A stretch of 64,000 nucleotides of DNA from Blastocystis sp. Blastoise (lineage: Eukaryota > Protista > Bigyra: Opalinata). The translations under genes were made by a program, and so were the position numbers. Positions 22,440-36,478 of the stretch are shown piece after piece. The notes beneath the pieces are model-generated. The model made no database searches, was not told the origin of the DNA, and saw only the letters and a program-made list of their open reading frames with translations. Within the stretch, counting starts at the first letter, position 1; every line of letters starts with the position of its first letter. The stretch spans positions 1,178,001 to 1,242,000 of the forward strand of contig JBBPEB010000003.1 in the NCBI GenBank assembly GCA_039096225.1, given 5' to 3'.

Positions 22440-24824
22440 TTATTCTCTATTTTCTTCGATATTATCTAATTTATTCACAAAAGTCGGTTTAATACCACGT
22501 TTTTCAATAACACTCACATCATATGACTATATATATATAATAAAAGATAGTTAGAAAATAGTATATGTTGATAAATATATAAAAAAAATAGAAATCTATA
22601 ATTGATTAAAATAAGAGACATAAATAAATATATAAATATATATATATATACGTTAGACATGATAGTGTGACGAATCATAGTAACATCATCAGAAGTCTCT
22701 GTTAATCCCTGCGAGAAATCAGCATTTTCCGCGGGACTGCCGTCTAAATGTAGGGCATCTAAAATACGAGAAATTAACTATAAAAATGAATATAGTATAT
22801 CATTATTATTAGTATCATTCTATAATCTTATAGAATAACATAATATATAATATATTTATAGTCTATAATTATAATAAGTATATAGCTATGATTATAATAA
22901 GTATATAGCTATGATTATAATAAGTATATAGCTATGATTATAGAATATTTATAGTCTATAATTATAGTATAGTATATTATATATATATATATATACCTTA
23001 TTAGAGTTGAGTACAAAGAAATGAAGATACTGATGATCGCTCATTAATATACGTTGAGACTGTTCAACTACTATGTCAATAAAACACTCACGAAGCTTTG
23101 TTTCATCATCCTATATATATACATATAGTTGTAGCATTATTGATATATACTAATATATAAATAGATAATTGTATATTATTGATATATAGTGAATATATAG
23201 TATTATTATTATTGATATATTAATATATATATATAAATACATATAAATGATATTTTATACAAAAATTGATAATAAAATGCAAATAAAATGATAAAAAATA
23301 TATAATATAATATATAAAATAACATAGAATATATACATATCTATTAAGATTCATAAAAAATCATGATAAAATAATTATATTATGACTTTAATAAATACAA
23401 TCAGAAAGAAATTTAGCATATATATCATACTTTATATGGAAGAACAGTATTCCACACACGTGTAGGAACACGTGACTTGTTCATAGATACCATTCTAAAG
23501 AATCCTCCATAATTGATTGGACAGAGAATGCCCGGTAAAATAGGAATATGAATATTATGGCGGGAACAATCGTCTACGAAATCAATATATAATTGAGCAT
23601 CAAAAAACATCTATATAATATATATATGTTATATATTATTACATATTATATATTATTACATATTATATATTATATATTATTATATATTATATATTACTAT
23701 ATATTATATATTATAGAATAGAAAAAAACATAACCTAATTTATAAAAATCAAATAAATATATATATATATATACTTGAGTAATAATAACATCAGCACCTG
23801 CTTCCACTTTCTCTTTTAAGTAACACAATTCCTGTTCATACGCGTCATCGGAACACACACATAAACCAGTCGATGTCATACAAGCACGCTTCTTTTCAGA
23901 CGCAGTCAGCACGTCTGAATCGACCACCTTAATAGTATTTGGATGGCCCTCTGGGTATCCTATTTATATATATTATTAATTGTATAGTATACTTATATAT
24001 ATAATAGTATTATATTCTATTATATATAATATTATTATATAATAAGCATAAGATATTGATTACTAAAATAATAATCTTAAATAGATATAGTTAATTCTTA
24101 TAATACATAAAATATATATATATATATATAAATGAAAAAAGAATCGAAGAAATAACAATATACATAATTATAAAAATAAATCTATATTATATAATAATTT
24201 ATATTCTTTATTCTCTATATATACCTGCAACAGATATACAGAAATAATCTCCATATTCTTTTCGAACCCACGCTACAAGGTCACGTGCGCTACTGAACCC
24301 ACCCTCAGGAGGGACCCAATTCTCAACGTCTTTTGGGGGATCTATATAAACATTAAAAAAATAGAATAACAATATATAGAAGAATAATAGAAAACAATCT
24401 TATCAAGAGAATTACAAGAATTACAGACAAAAATATAATGATCATAATAATAATACATATATTAATAAACATAAAATATACCTCCTCTCAAGCAGAAAAT
24501 ATTATTAATGCCATCTTCTTTGCATTTATCTAGAATTCTACGAATTTCTTCAATTTTAACATTGGTACATGTGATATGTAAATTAGCAATAATTCCAAAT
24601 TCATCTTGGATTCTTTTACAAATATCGAATGTAGTATTTGCAGTACTACCACCAGCACCCCATGTGACATCAATAAATTGAGGATTGTGCTCTTCTTTGA
24701 ACTTTCCGATAAGTGTAAATAAATTAATCATACCCTGCTCAGTTCGAGGAGGAAAAATTTCAAATGAGTATATTTTTTTGTTATTTTCTTTAGCGTCTTG
24801 GAGTATATCACAGATCTTTCTCAT
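22440..24824 (-). CDS. MTHFR: Methylenetetrahydrofolate reductase, catalytic domain only (~380 aa, 7 exons)
   Basis: SFEIFPP, FIDVTWGAGGST, HITCTN, LRGDPP, SVAGYPEGHP, LKEKVEAGADVIITQMFFD, HFFVLN. Confidence 0.93.
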
Positions 24825-25133
24825 TTTTATCTTTTATCTGAATATATATCAAGAATCTATATGGAAATACCTAACAAATATAAAAATTTCTGGTTTTATG
24901 AAAAAAGGGGATAACCGTGAAAGTGATATAGACAAGAAATCACGATTATTTGTACTTCCAGCGCCAGACTTCCAGAATAATTTTTTGGAACGCAAAAGCC
25001 GATCGAATTTTTTCTTTTTTGAAAAATATTAATTTGACAACAAGTATATATTATTTTTATCAATTGATTTAAAATAAATATAGTATTTAATTGCTGAAAT
25101 ATAGAAAATAAATAAGAAGCCATAAATAAAATC

Positions 25134-25838
25134 ATGTCATTTTTTAATCATAAATTTCTTGCTATTGCTATTGCAGTAATGGTCTTATTACAATTTGTAG
25201 GTGCTGAAGAGCAACCTAAAAAAGTCGAATCTGAAATTCCTGAGTTTATTCCTACCGATGAATACCAAGAAATTCTTCCTGGACAAGCTGTTCCTGCTGT
25301 ATATATTTTATATTATTCTAATTCATTCTCTCTTTCGTATTTTATTTCAAAATTATTATTATACATTATTTTTTAGGGTTTAAGTTACAAAATTGATTTT
25401 GAGACTGGTAAAAAGTATGCTCGTTTGTTACATGAAAATGAGAAGAATACAAAGGAAAACACTGGTGTATTAGTTTCATCCTCTCCTGCAGAACCTCTCG
25501 AAGGAGTGAAAACGGATGCTACCGTACAAGAAACTTCTACGATCCCTAAAGAGAAGATAAATGAAGTATGATTTTATTCATACATTATAAAATATTATTT
25601 CTTTTGTTTTTTGTGTATATATATTATTATCATTAGTTTTGTTTTTTAACATTTTTTTTTATCCATTTTATTTCTATAGGAACAAGTTCCTGAAGAAGAA
25701 CAACCCAAGTATATATATATCATTATTAATATATTTTATTTATTAATATATATTTATATTTATATATATAGGGAGACCCCAGATCAATTTAAAGAACGTG
25801 TTTTATTGGTATATATATGTTTATTATTATTATTATTA

Positions 25839-25871
<33 letters not shown>

Positions 25872-26344
25872 GTTTATTATATAGGAACTAGACGATATCG
25901 AAGAATTGAAAAATATTTCGAAATATACCGACGAAGAAAGAAAAATACTTATTGATGTACATATATATATATATATATATTATTATTATGATACTATTAT
26001 ATTGTTATTATATATAATATTTTATTCCCGCGGTTCTTTAGACAATATGGGTACAACGCCAAAAGATGCTTGAAGAAGCCTTCGCTCAAACTAAAACGGG
26101 TATATATTATTTATTATATATATTATATGCTATATTCTATTTATTATATTCATTATGTTTATTATTTTTTTATTATGTGCATTTTTATGTGCATTATTAT
26201 GCTATATTATATACCATATTATATATATATATAGAGATGGAACAGTTAATAGAAGAGTTGGGTGCTTTGAAAAATGAAACGAATTATAAAAACATGAATG
26301 TCACTATTGATAATATCGAATATTTATTACAAGTATATATATTA

Positions 26345-26413
<69 letters not shown>

Positions 26414-27038
26414 GGACATGGATAATGCATTATTCTTTCATTCTATCGATGGTTATTCCTATCTCTTCTCCACCCTGACCTCTCTCTATAATAATACTCT
26501 TTTTGATGCTATGTACAAGGCAGAGAGTGACGAAGATAACCGCGATTATGAGCAGAGAAAAGAGACATATATACAGTTATTAAATACGATGGGAACTCTC
26601 TTCAAACACTCTCTTGATACTAATATTACTCATCCTAATCATATTTCTATGTTGAATTATATACTTAATTCTCTTGATTATTATTATCAGAAATATGAAA
26701 ATAACCATGAAAATATGACCATTTATGAACCTATTCTTCGAAAATACTTTTATATACTTGGAAATCTCATTCGTAATAAACCTTATATATTTACTGAGTT
26801 TATCAATAATAAGGGTTCTGAACTTGTCTTAAAGTATCTGAATATGTACAAAGATATGGATATTAACGCTACTATATACAAATTAATCAATTTATATAAC
26901 GATATTCTTATTACTTATGCTAATAATCAATTAGTATCACCTTCTTCATCTTTAATTTGCAGCCAATATATTGATATATTCACGGGAGAAGACGCTAATT
27001 TTGCTACAAAACAATCCATTATTCAAACATTATAGTAA

Positions 27039-27069
<31 letters not shown>

Positions 27070-27261
27070 CTATTATTTTTATTATTTTTTAGTTATTACA
27101 GTTACTATTCAAACAATAAAGATCAATGTATAGAAGGTATATACTATATATTATATAGGTATATATACTATATTATATATATAGATTGTGGTAATTCTAT
27201 TTCTTTCTTACAAGCAGTCTCTAAGTTCTATAATCAAGTTTATCTTCATGCCACAGGTATA

Positions 27262-27313
<52 letters not shown>

Positions 27314-27400
27314 TATATAGTAGAAGATGAAGACCAAGAAGTTGATGGTTATTTTAAAACGTTAAAACAAGAATTAGAATCAATGTTTAAATTTCAATAA
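25134..27400 (+). CDS. SIL1: SIL1/BAP-like ER nucleotide-exchange factor for BiP
   Basis: Signal peptide followed by FIPTDEYQEILPGQAVPAGLSYKIDFETGKKYARL (SIL1 N-terminal motif) and an ARM-like region (LGNLIRN). Confidence 0.75.
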
Positions 27401-27909
27401 ATATATATCTATATATATTAGTATTTTTTCATCGTTTTTTGCTTTTCCCTTCCTTATTATAAACTTGTTTGACTTGTTGTTATATGTTGTTTACATAGGT
27501 GTGTTACTATATGTTAATATTATTTTGTATTTATGAGTTTTGTTATTATTACTATATATCATATTTTATGGTTAGATGTATAGAATAATGAATAAAAAAC
27601 ATTTAAAAGAAGAAAAACAAAACAAAATATAGTCTAGAATGTATATAATAATTAATATACAGAAAGAAAAAGAATAAAATTATTCAACTATTTAAAAGAT
27701 TAAACCACGAAGAAAAGAAGATTAATAAATATAGATTTAGTGAACAACAATAGAATTAAGTACTATAATAGATAAGTCTATTGATATATAGTATTATAAT
27801 ATATAGTATAATAATACTATGTTACACTAGTTAAAATGAAATTTTTGATAAAAATAAGAAAAATAGAAAAATAATAATTTTAATAAACTGATTTCAGAAT
27901 GTGATCTCT

Positions 27910-27935
<26 letters not shown>

Positions 27936-27941
<6 letters not shown>

Positions 27942-29645
27942 AGATGTTTGTATATCTTGTTGTTGTATATTTGGTATGCCATCCAGCGGCAAATAATGAC
28001 CCATTCGTCTCGCTTTCGTATGTAAATAATTAATAGAATAAGGATTTGTAGGAGTAATCACGGGAATTCGAGATTCTATTATTATACCCAAGGCTTCCAA
28101 ACTAAAAAGAAAAGAGATTATATATATAAATGAATAGCATTATATATATATAAATGAATAACATTATATATAAATGAATAATATTATATATATAAATGAA
28201 TAATATTAATAAATAAATATATGAATAATATTAATAAATATATAAATGAATAGCATTATATATATAAATGAATAATATTAATAAATATATAAATAATATT
28301 ATATATATAAATGAATAACATGATATATAAATAAATAATATTATATATATATAAATGAATAATATTATATTTATAAATGAATAATATTATATATATAAAT
28401 GAATAACATTATATATAAATGAATAATATTATATATATATATAAATGAATAACATTAATAAATAAATATATGAATAATATTAATAAATATATAAATGAAT
28501 AGCATTATATATATAAATGAATAATATTAATAAATATATAAATGAATAATATTAATAAATAAATATATGAATAACATTATATATATAAATAAATAATACT
28601 AATAAATATATAAATAAATAACATTATATATATATAAATGAATAACATTATATATATAAATGAATAATATTATATATATATATAAATGAATAATATTATA
28701 TATATATAAATGAATAATATTATATATAAATGAATAATATAAATAAATAATATCAATCAATCACATACTCTTTGATTTTCTTGGGATTATTTGTCATTAA
28801 TCGAATCTTCTTTATACCAAAAGCATGGAGAATATCTCTATATATATAATATATAATATATATATATATAATGATTTCACATAGAAACTGAATGAAAAGA
28901 ATAACTGACAAAAATACATTTTTTCATTTAATAGATAAATAAATAAAAATAAATAAATGTTTATAGTCAGAATAATGATATTTAATATCAAAAATATACA
29001 CAACACAATGATAATCTCTTAAATCATCAGGTAATCCAAGTTGACGATTTGCATCAACTGTATCAACGCCACTCTCTTGTAAGTGATAAGCAGCAATTTT
29101 ATTACTCAGACCTATTCCTCTTCCTTCTTGTTGAAGATAAATGACTAAACCACCATTTTGTTTAATATAACTATATTTGTTAAAAATATATTTTGTTAAA
29201 TTTTATTAAAATAGTATATAGAATACTTTATGGCGAAATCAAGTTGTTGCTTACAATCACATTTCAAAGATCCTAGTACTTCTGAAGTGAAACACTGATC
29301 ATGAACACGTACAGGTACAGAATCCATCGAAGTAAGATCACCTGAGGATATAACTAAAGGTTCCAAGTAAGATTTATAAGGTTCATTGTTTGGAGAAAAA
29401 GAACTAATACTCAACGTACCCTTCGTTGTTGGAAGCGCAGTTTCAGCAACAAAATGATATTGATTTGTTGATGGCGCTTCAATAGAAGTTTGAATATGTC
29501 CTACACAATTCTCTTCACTAATTGAAGAATGTCGTCTAGGTTTCTTTTCATTCCATCCATGATAGCATGGTTTCGGATGAATACAATGTGCTGTTTCGGG
29601 TGTACAAGGACAAGGACAATAACCTGGACATGATGCAAATTCCAT
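27936..29645 (-). CDS. ribA: GTP cyclohydrolase II (riboflavin biosynthesis), 4 exons
   Basis: [71 protein letters not shown]. Confidence 0.93.
28103..28760. repeat. AT-rich minisatellite filling the last ribA intron
   Basis: Tandem degenerate ~20-25-nt units of AAATGAATAA(T/C)ATTATATATAT. Confidence 0.85.
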
Positions 29646-30233
29646 TTTTGTGATGGAGAATGAATAAATTAATGATAAATAAAAGATAAAATAAGTTCTA
29701 TGTAATGTAAAATATTTAATTTTATCTTTTTGAACTTATTCTAGATAATTGACACCAAAAAGAAAAGCCATAAAAAAAAGAAAACGCAAAACAGCTATGG
29801 ATTGTTCTAAAAAACAAAAAAAAAGAACAATTGTCAGTGAAGACTCACAATATTTCCATGAAAATTTGAAAAACGAAAAAAGATGAACAAAAACCGGATT
29901 CAATAAAGAAACACGAATATAGATATTTCATTATATAAAAAAGAATAATAAATAGATTCTCAAGTTACAAAAAATAATAATTCAATTTAAATAGTCTCTT
30001 TAAAAATGAAAGAAATATATATCATGAAATGAATAATTTTGTCTATCATGTAAACCAATAAAAAAAGCAAGTAGAAATTCAGCCAATAAATTAAAATTTT
30101 AAAAATGACAAGGAAGAAAAGCAGATGATTCATAATAAAGAAAAAAGTAAGAATTTGCTAGCAAAAAGAAATTTTTGCAGAAATTTTGGTTTCATTCCAA
30201 GTAGAACACTATTTGACATATAATGAAAAGAAG

Positions 30234-30943
30234 ATGAAAAGATGCGTTATTACTAGTTGTGGAGCTCCAGCATCTGGAAAAAGCACATTTTTCAGAAAGT
30301 TAGCTCATGAAGCTGTATGTCAAGAAGAGAATGTGTTTGTGTATTTGATTTCTTTCGATAATATTGAGTTGCAACAACGAAATATAATTGAATCATGGGA
30401 AATTACCACATGGAGGAATAGCAGATTAATTGCATTACATATGTTAGATGATATACTCAGTGATCCAATAAGCTTTTCTTTGAGTATTCCAAAAGAATGT
30501 CTTTTTTTATCAAATTGCCAGATTCCCGAGAAGATAATTATATTAGTTGATGATACTATGCATTTAAGAAGTATGAGAAAATCTATTTTATTCTTTACAA
30601 AGAAATATTCTTGTGGTTATGGTTGTATTTCGTTTAAAGGAGATTTAAATACATTTATAAAACGAAATGAAACTCGTGAACAAAAGTATTATTTTTGTTT
30701 ATATTTATTATTATACTTTTTATTTATATTATTATTATTCTTTTATTTATATTATTATTATTTTTTTATTTATATTATTATATTTTTATATAGATTTATT
30801 ATATTTTTATATAGATTTATTATATTTTTTTATTTATATTATTATTATACTGTTTATATTTATGACTATTATGTATATATATATATATATATAGAGATTA
30901 TGTACCTCCATCAATTATTCAACGAATATATGTATATATATTA

Positions 30944-30987
<44 letters not shown>

Positions 30988-31128
30988 GAATCAATATGTT
31001 TATACATTAATCATCCTTTTAACATATCATTATAAATAATATATATATCATATACATATATACTATATGTGAATACCCTCAAAATAGTCCTTATGAATGG
31101 GAAAAATATTCAATTGAAATCAACACAG

Positions 31129-31166
<38 letters not shown>

Positions 31167-31818
31167 TCTATTTTTTTTACTATATAATTAAATATATAAT
31201 ATTCTAATATATCTTAATAATTGCTTCTCTATACATATATAGTGATAGTTTTCGATATCCTAAAGAGTTTATTGATTTATTATTTTTAAATCCATTTCAT
31301 AAACCTAGAGAGCTAACTAAAGAAGAAATAGAATCACAAGTATAAAATTTATATATATATAGAATTATTATATTATATTGGAATTTATATATTTTATTAT
31401 TTGAGCTACTTTTCAATATATTATTATTTACATAAATATATTTTTATTTATTCTATACTAATAATATATATAATCTAACATACATTAAATATTAATTGAT
31501 CTATAGAAAAAAATAAATGAAAGAGCTTGTACAACATTTAAACATTTATTAGAAATTGAAATGCGAAAACAAGTCAAATATTTTATTGAACAAATAAAAA
31601 ATTATTCAAATAAAAAGGAAATGATTCAAGTAATAAATCAAACAAAAAAAGAATTTCAACAGAATAAATCAAATTATTTCATAGAACAAATAAATAAGCA
31701 AAATATTGAAGAAGATGAAGAAATAAACACAGAGCAATTAATGCATTGCGTAATAAAAGAATATATAGAAACATGTAAACAAGAATTTAAAAGTATATTT
31801 AATGTGACACTAGTTTAA
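30234..31818 (+). CDS. PSTK: O-phosphoseryl-tRNA(Sec) kinase-like P-loop kinase
   Basis: CGAPASGKST Walker A, ISFD, WRNSR, ILVDDTMHLRSMRK, IKRNETRE, EYP...WEKYS. One intron needs an AC acceptor. Confidence 0.75.
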
Positions 31819-31844
31819 AATGGTGTCACGTGAATCATTATTTT

Positions 31845-32162
31845 TTACTTGAAAAAAAATTCTGAAGGTGTTGTATTTGTTGTTGATTTATCAGATAATA
31901 TAAATGTGAGCATCTGCTATTTATTTGTTCATATATATTAAGCACTTCTACCTTCATATTATGTGCATTCTCACTATAAAAAATATATAATTAATATCAT
32001 TCTCATTATAAAAATATATATATAATTAATATAAGACTAGTTATACGCATCGTTTTGAGCAATAAACTCATTCATCTGATACATGCAAGTGCACAACCTA
32101 CAATAAAGCTGCTCAACTTCACCAACGTATAGACTCATATCCATCTGTTGCTTTTCTTGCAT
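31845..32162 (-). CDS. Small hypothetical protein (~82 aa, 2 exons; absent from the ORF track)
   Basis: ATG at 32162, GT-AG phase-2 intron, in frame to TAA: MQEKQQMDMSLYVGEVEQLYCRLCTCMYQMNEFIAQNDA|ENAHNMKVEVLNIYEQINSRCSHLLLSDKSTTNTTPSEFFFK. Confidence 0.6.
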
Positions 32163-33204
32163 AATTATTTATTCAAATACAAAGAAAAAATGAGTCAGTA
32201 TTCACAACTATAAAACAAAACTAGAAAATGACTAAAAAATCAGTTCAAATCAATTTATAATCATGAATAAAACAAAAGTGTGTCTTTTTATTTGTATCGT
32301 ATGCAGTATTCATAAAGATCATTATTGGACATTTGTATAAACTATGTGATACACTGATACCTTGACTACATTCTGGAAAGGGAATCTGAAAGTTTGAATT
32401 ACAAAAATGGAAAGAAAATATTTTTATTTGATTATACTTAGCATGACATTATGAAATTTCTTTGATTGTAATATATTACCTTATTATGTATCTTTGTTAC
32501 CCTATAAAATGATACATTTCTCGAACATTGATTTAAATTGTTTAATTATATTTACGTAGTCTATCGAATGTTAATTGTATGCCCTATTTTCTCTTCATAA
32601 ATAATAAATCATACTCTCTTTTCAATTTTTTTATAATCAATGATATATTTCAAAAGAATTTGGATACGAAGAATGTTTGTTACTTATCTATATTATATGT
32701 TACTATCGATAACAACCAAAATTAGTAATTGTAATATGTCAAAAAACATTATCATTCATGTATCAGCAACTTCTTTTTTATTTTGTGATATAAAATATAA
32801 TCTAAATGCTTATTTATAAATATGTAAATACTTTTAAAGATATAAATTTATAAATATTGGAAATAAAATAATCATGCTTGAATCAAAAAATAATAATATC
32901 ATAGTCTCAATATATATTTCTTCATCTCATTTTCGAATTCAGTAATTCATTACATTTTATGAAAAAAAAAATCACTTGAATGAATACATTGATTATCTTT
33001 TAATATCCTTCTTCAATTTCTTCTTCGTTATTTGTATATTCGCACTGCATTTAAAGAAGATATACTACGTAATCAGCCATATAAACAATAATAAACAAAA
33101 ATCCAAATCCCAAAGTGATTTGAGTTTCTATTTTGTTCTGAAGATTCAATTCTATTGTTTATTTAAAAACATATTTATATTTCGTTTTAGTTTTATAACA
33201 AATA

Positions 33205-34496
33205 ATGAAATCGTTAATATACTTTATTCTCTTTGTAACTCTTGTATCTGCCTCTCGTCCCGTGTGTAATGATGACTTTGATCCTACACATATTCGATTT
33301 ATCGAGAAAACTCCAGCTGGTAACTATTTATTTAGAATGGGTATGCCAAAGTATCCTAATGGTACATTTGCTTATGAAGGTATTCGTACATATTATCCTA
33401 AAGTAGCAGCTGAAAATGGTGTTGATTTCCCTGAAGATTATTATTTAATTGATATTTCTCTTTTAAATGAAGAGCCTTGGGATGTTGACCTCGAAAGAAA
33501 ATACTTTGAAGCAAATCCTGTTCATGGTATAATAAAAGAAAATACTGTGTTTTTAATTTTATTCTGGATACTCTTTTTTATTCTGGATTCTTTTTTGTAG
33601 ATATTTTTTATACGATATTATCTACATATATATTAAATAGGAAGAATGATTAATTGGCCTACTTTTGGTTTATCGTTTAATGATATAAAGAAAGGTTGTC
33701 AATATGCTGGTATTCCTGAAGTATATTGTAACTAATAAATGATTCTAGTTTTTATTATTTTTTATTATCATATATATTTTTTTCTCGACACATTTTATTC
33801 TGTTTATTTTTCTATATTTATATAATAATCTATAGAATGAATGTAATTCTTCTCAACCACGTGATTTTACTCCTGAAAACATTAAAAAAATGGCGTTAGC
33901 ATTACCTCATTATGGTGCTATTGATAATTTATACGTATATCTATTAAAAAACAATTTTTAATATAATTATTTTTATGAATTTTATTTTATTATTATATAT
34001 GATTATAATATATATAGCTATTCTTTTCTATGGTCCGTACATTCTTAGATACACCTCACGAAAAACCATATGTTGTTTTCTGTATATATATATATGAATT
34101 TTTTTTTTTTATCTTAATTCTATAAAAAAAACAAATTTCATGAATCTATTTAAAATATTATTATAATAATTTCATTTTATTGTATATAGGGCATTGTGAA
34201 TGTGGATGTGATCGAGTTGGACAAGTATCAGCCTCGTATGTTCTTCAATTTAAAGGTATTTTTTTTTTATATATATTATCAAAATATTTTTTGCTTATGG
34301 GAATCTATTTGGTTAATTTTATATATATATAGGTTGGAATTTCACAGAAGCTATGAAATGGGATGAAGATGTTCCTAAAAGACATATTTGGATTAACAAT
34401 CAAGTATATGTTCAATGGTATTGTGAATATTTGAATGCTATTGGTAAGACTAGAAACACTGATTGTGGTAATTGTGAACCTTTTGCTTGCGAATAA
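33205..34496 (+). CDS. Secreted cysteine-based (CX5R) tyrosine/dual-specificity phosphatase-like protein (6 exons)
   Basis: Signal peptide MKSLIYFILFVTLVSA; spliced active-site loop VVFWHCECGCDRVG; NYLFRMGMP. Confidence 0.75.
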
Positions 34497-35168
34497 TGTT
34501 TTATGTAGTTTAAATAAGCTATTAGATATTTTATTTTTATATATGCATTTTGTGACTGTTATAACTCAATTCCATTTTATTTTGTTTTGTTATTGTTTAT
34601 AATGAGTAGATATATGATTGCATTTAAGACAGTAAATTAAAAATATTTTCACTTTTATATACGTAAATAAACACGATTAACAATGATCACAACATTGAAT
34701 CAACAATAAAAACACAAATAAATAGAATGAATATGTACAGTATGATATATTTATAAAAAATACAGAAAAATAAATGAATAGTCATTAAATAAAGAATAAA
34801 AATAAACATTTATCATACTTTCGCAAAAAATACCAATAAAAACTTACTTTTATATCAGTTTCTTTAGTTAAAAAATCCTTATTTACTTGAATAATAATGA
34901 TATATTGATTGTTGTGATCTTTATGATGCATATATATTAGAATTACATCAAATAATATATATTAAATAAATGATTGACAAAATATGAATTGATGTTGACT
35001 AGAATTTTATTTAAAATTCAATATTTCACATATATATGTTGTATGAGTACTACACTTGTTTCATTTTATGAGAATAAACATAGTTGAATGGCTATTTAGA
35101 GATTATTAATTATTTGGAAAACTGATTTGTTCTCTAAAATAATGAAATAATCTCGACATTATCATAAA

Positions 35169-35241
35169 GCCCGTCTAGCTCAGTCGGTAGAGCGCCAGGC
35201 TCTTAACCTGGTGGTCGGGGGTTCGAGCCCCCCGGTGGGCG
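35169..35241 (+). tRNA. tRNA-Lys(CTT)
   Basis: 73-nt cloverleaf GCCCGTC...GGTGGGCG, anticodon arm CCAGG-CT-CTT-AA-CCTGG, GGTTCGAGCCC T-arm, downstream T-run. Confidence 0.97.
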
Positions 35242-35499
35242 CTTCTTTTTATCAATTTTTTTGGGGAATACAATAAGAAAAAATTACTGAAATGTTTTTT
35301 TTTTGTTAGATATTGTTTATTCTTTTATTCACCGAATACATTTGAAACAAAACACATCTTACATTCATTTTACAAAGGATTGGTTAAATCACAGGTAAAA
35401 AAGAAACAGTTTTTGATCCATCGAATATAGACTTTAGACAATATATAAGAAATATATAGTTTAAAGAATAAAGGAAGAAAAAGAGTCCATTTAAAGTGT

Positions 35500-36478
35500 T
35501 TAACGGAAACGTCTGAGAGAGAGAGTATTTCTTCTCTTCCAGGAAGATCTCCAAGAACCACCAATACGCTTGTTGGCTCTGTGACCTCTCTTTAACATAC
35601 CACGGTGATGACGACCAGCGGAAGTAAGACCACGAAGTTCACGGTGTTTGTGGACAGGGTTGCAGATCCAGTTAATTCTAGCATCGTTTCTAATGGCGTT
35701 GTGGCTAGGATCAACAAGAATAACTTCGTAATACTTGTAGGTAGCATCTTGAAAAAAAATAAATAAATAATTTATTATTATGAAATCATATCTAAAAATG
35801 ATTTATTATTATGAAATAAATAATAACATATAAATAATAATAATAATATATAAATAATAATAATATAATATTATAAAAAAAAACAACATACTTGATTAAC
35901 CCAATAGGAGTTGAGGACACGAAGGTTAGCATAAGCCTTACCAACACGTTCTTCAGCAATAGAACGAAGATTACGGACGTTCTTTAATTGAGTAATACCT
36001 TGGTGCTTAGGTTTACCATAAACAATACCCTTAGGATTAGGTCGCTTACGGCCTCCACGTCTAATAGCAGAACGGACAATCACAAAACCTTGAATAATAA
36101 TTATATTATTATTATATATTATGAATAGCAAATAGTAAATTTTATATAACAAATAATAAATAATAATTTATATATTTAAAAAATAATAAAAGAAATAAGC
36201 ATACCTTGTTTAGCTTTATAACCAAGACGATGAGCTTTATCGATTCTGGTAGGATGAGCAACTCTGCTGATCTTAGGGAGTTGACGATATTAATAATGAA
36301 TAAGACTTATGATACTCCATAAAATAATAATTAAAATCAATAGAGCAATCAAGAATACGAAAAAAAGTAATCAATAATTGACATACCGATATTCCCAAGC
36401 ACGGACACGAAGTAAGAAACGTAAGACATCAGCTTGCTTCTTCTTCCATAATTCTTCAAGATACTTGTAGGCACCCAT
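35500..36478 (-). CDS. RPL15: 60S ribosomal protein eL15 (4 exons)
   Basis: [34 protein letters not shown]...[13 protein letters not shown]...[23 protein letters not shown]...[11 protein letters not shown]. Confidence 0.97.

Noticed and set aside
22872-22942. Three 23-bp tandem repeats in an MTHFR intron (also a ~30-bp direct repeat at 1491-1558) as a CRISPR-like array
   Set aside because: No unique spacers; simple intronic slippage duplications.
22440-31818. MTHFR, ribA and PSTK as a metabolic gene cluster
   Set aside because: Different pathways, mixed strands, SIL1 interleaved; ordinary gene density explains it.
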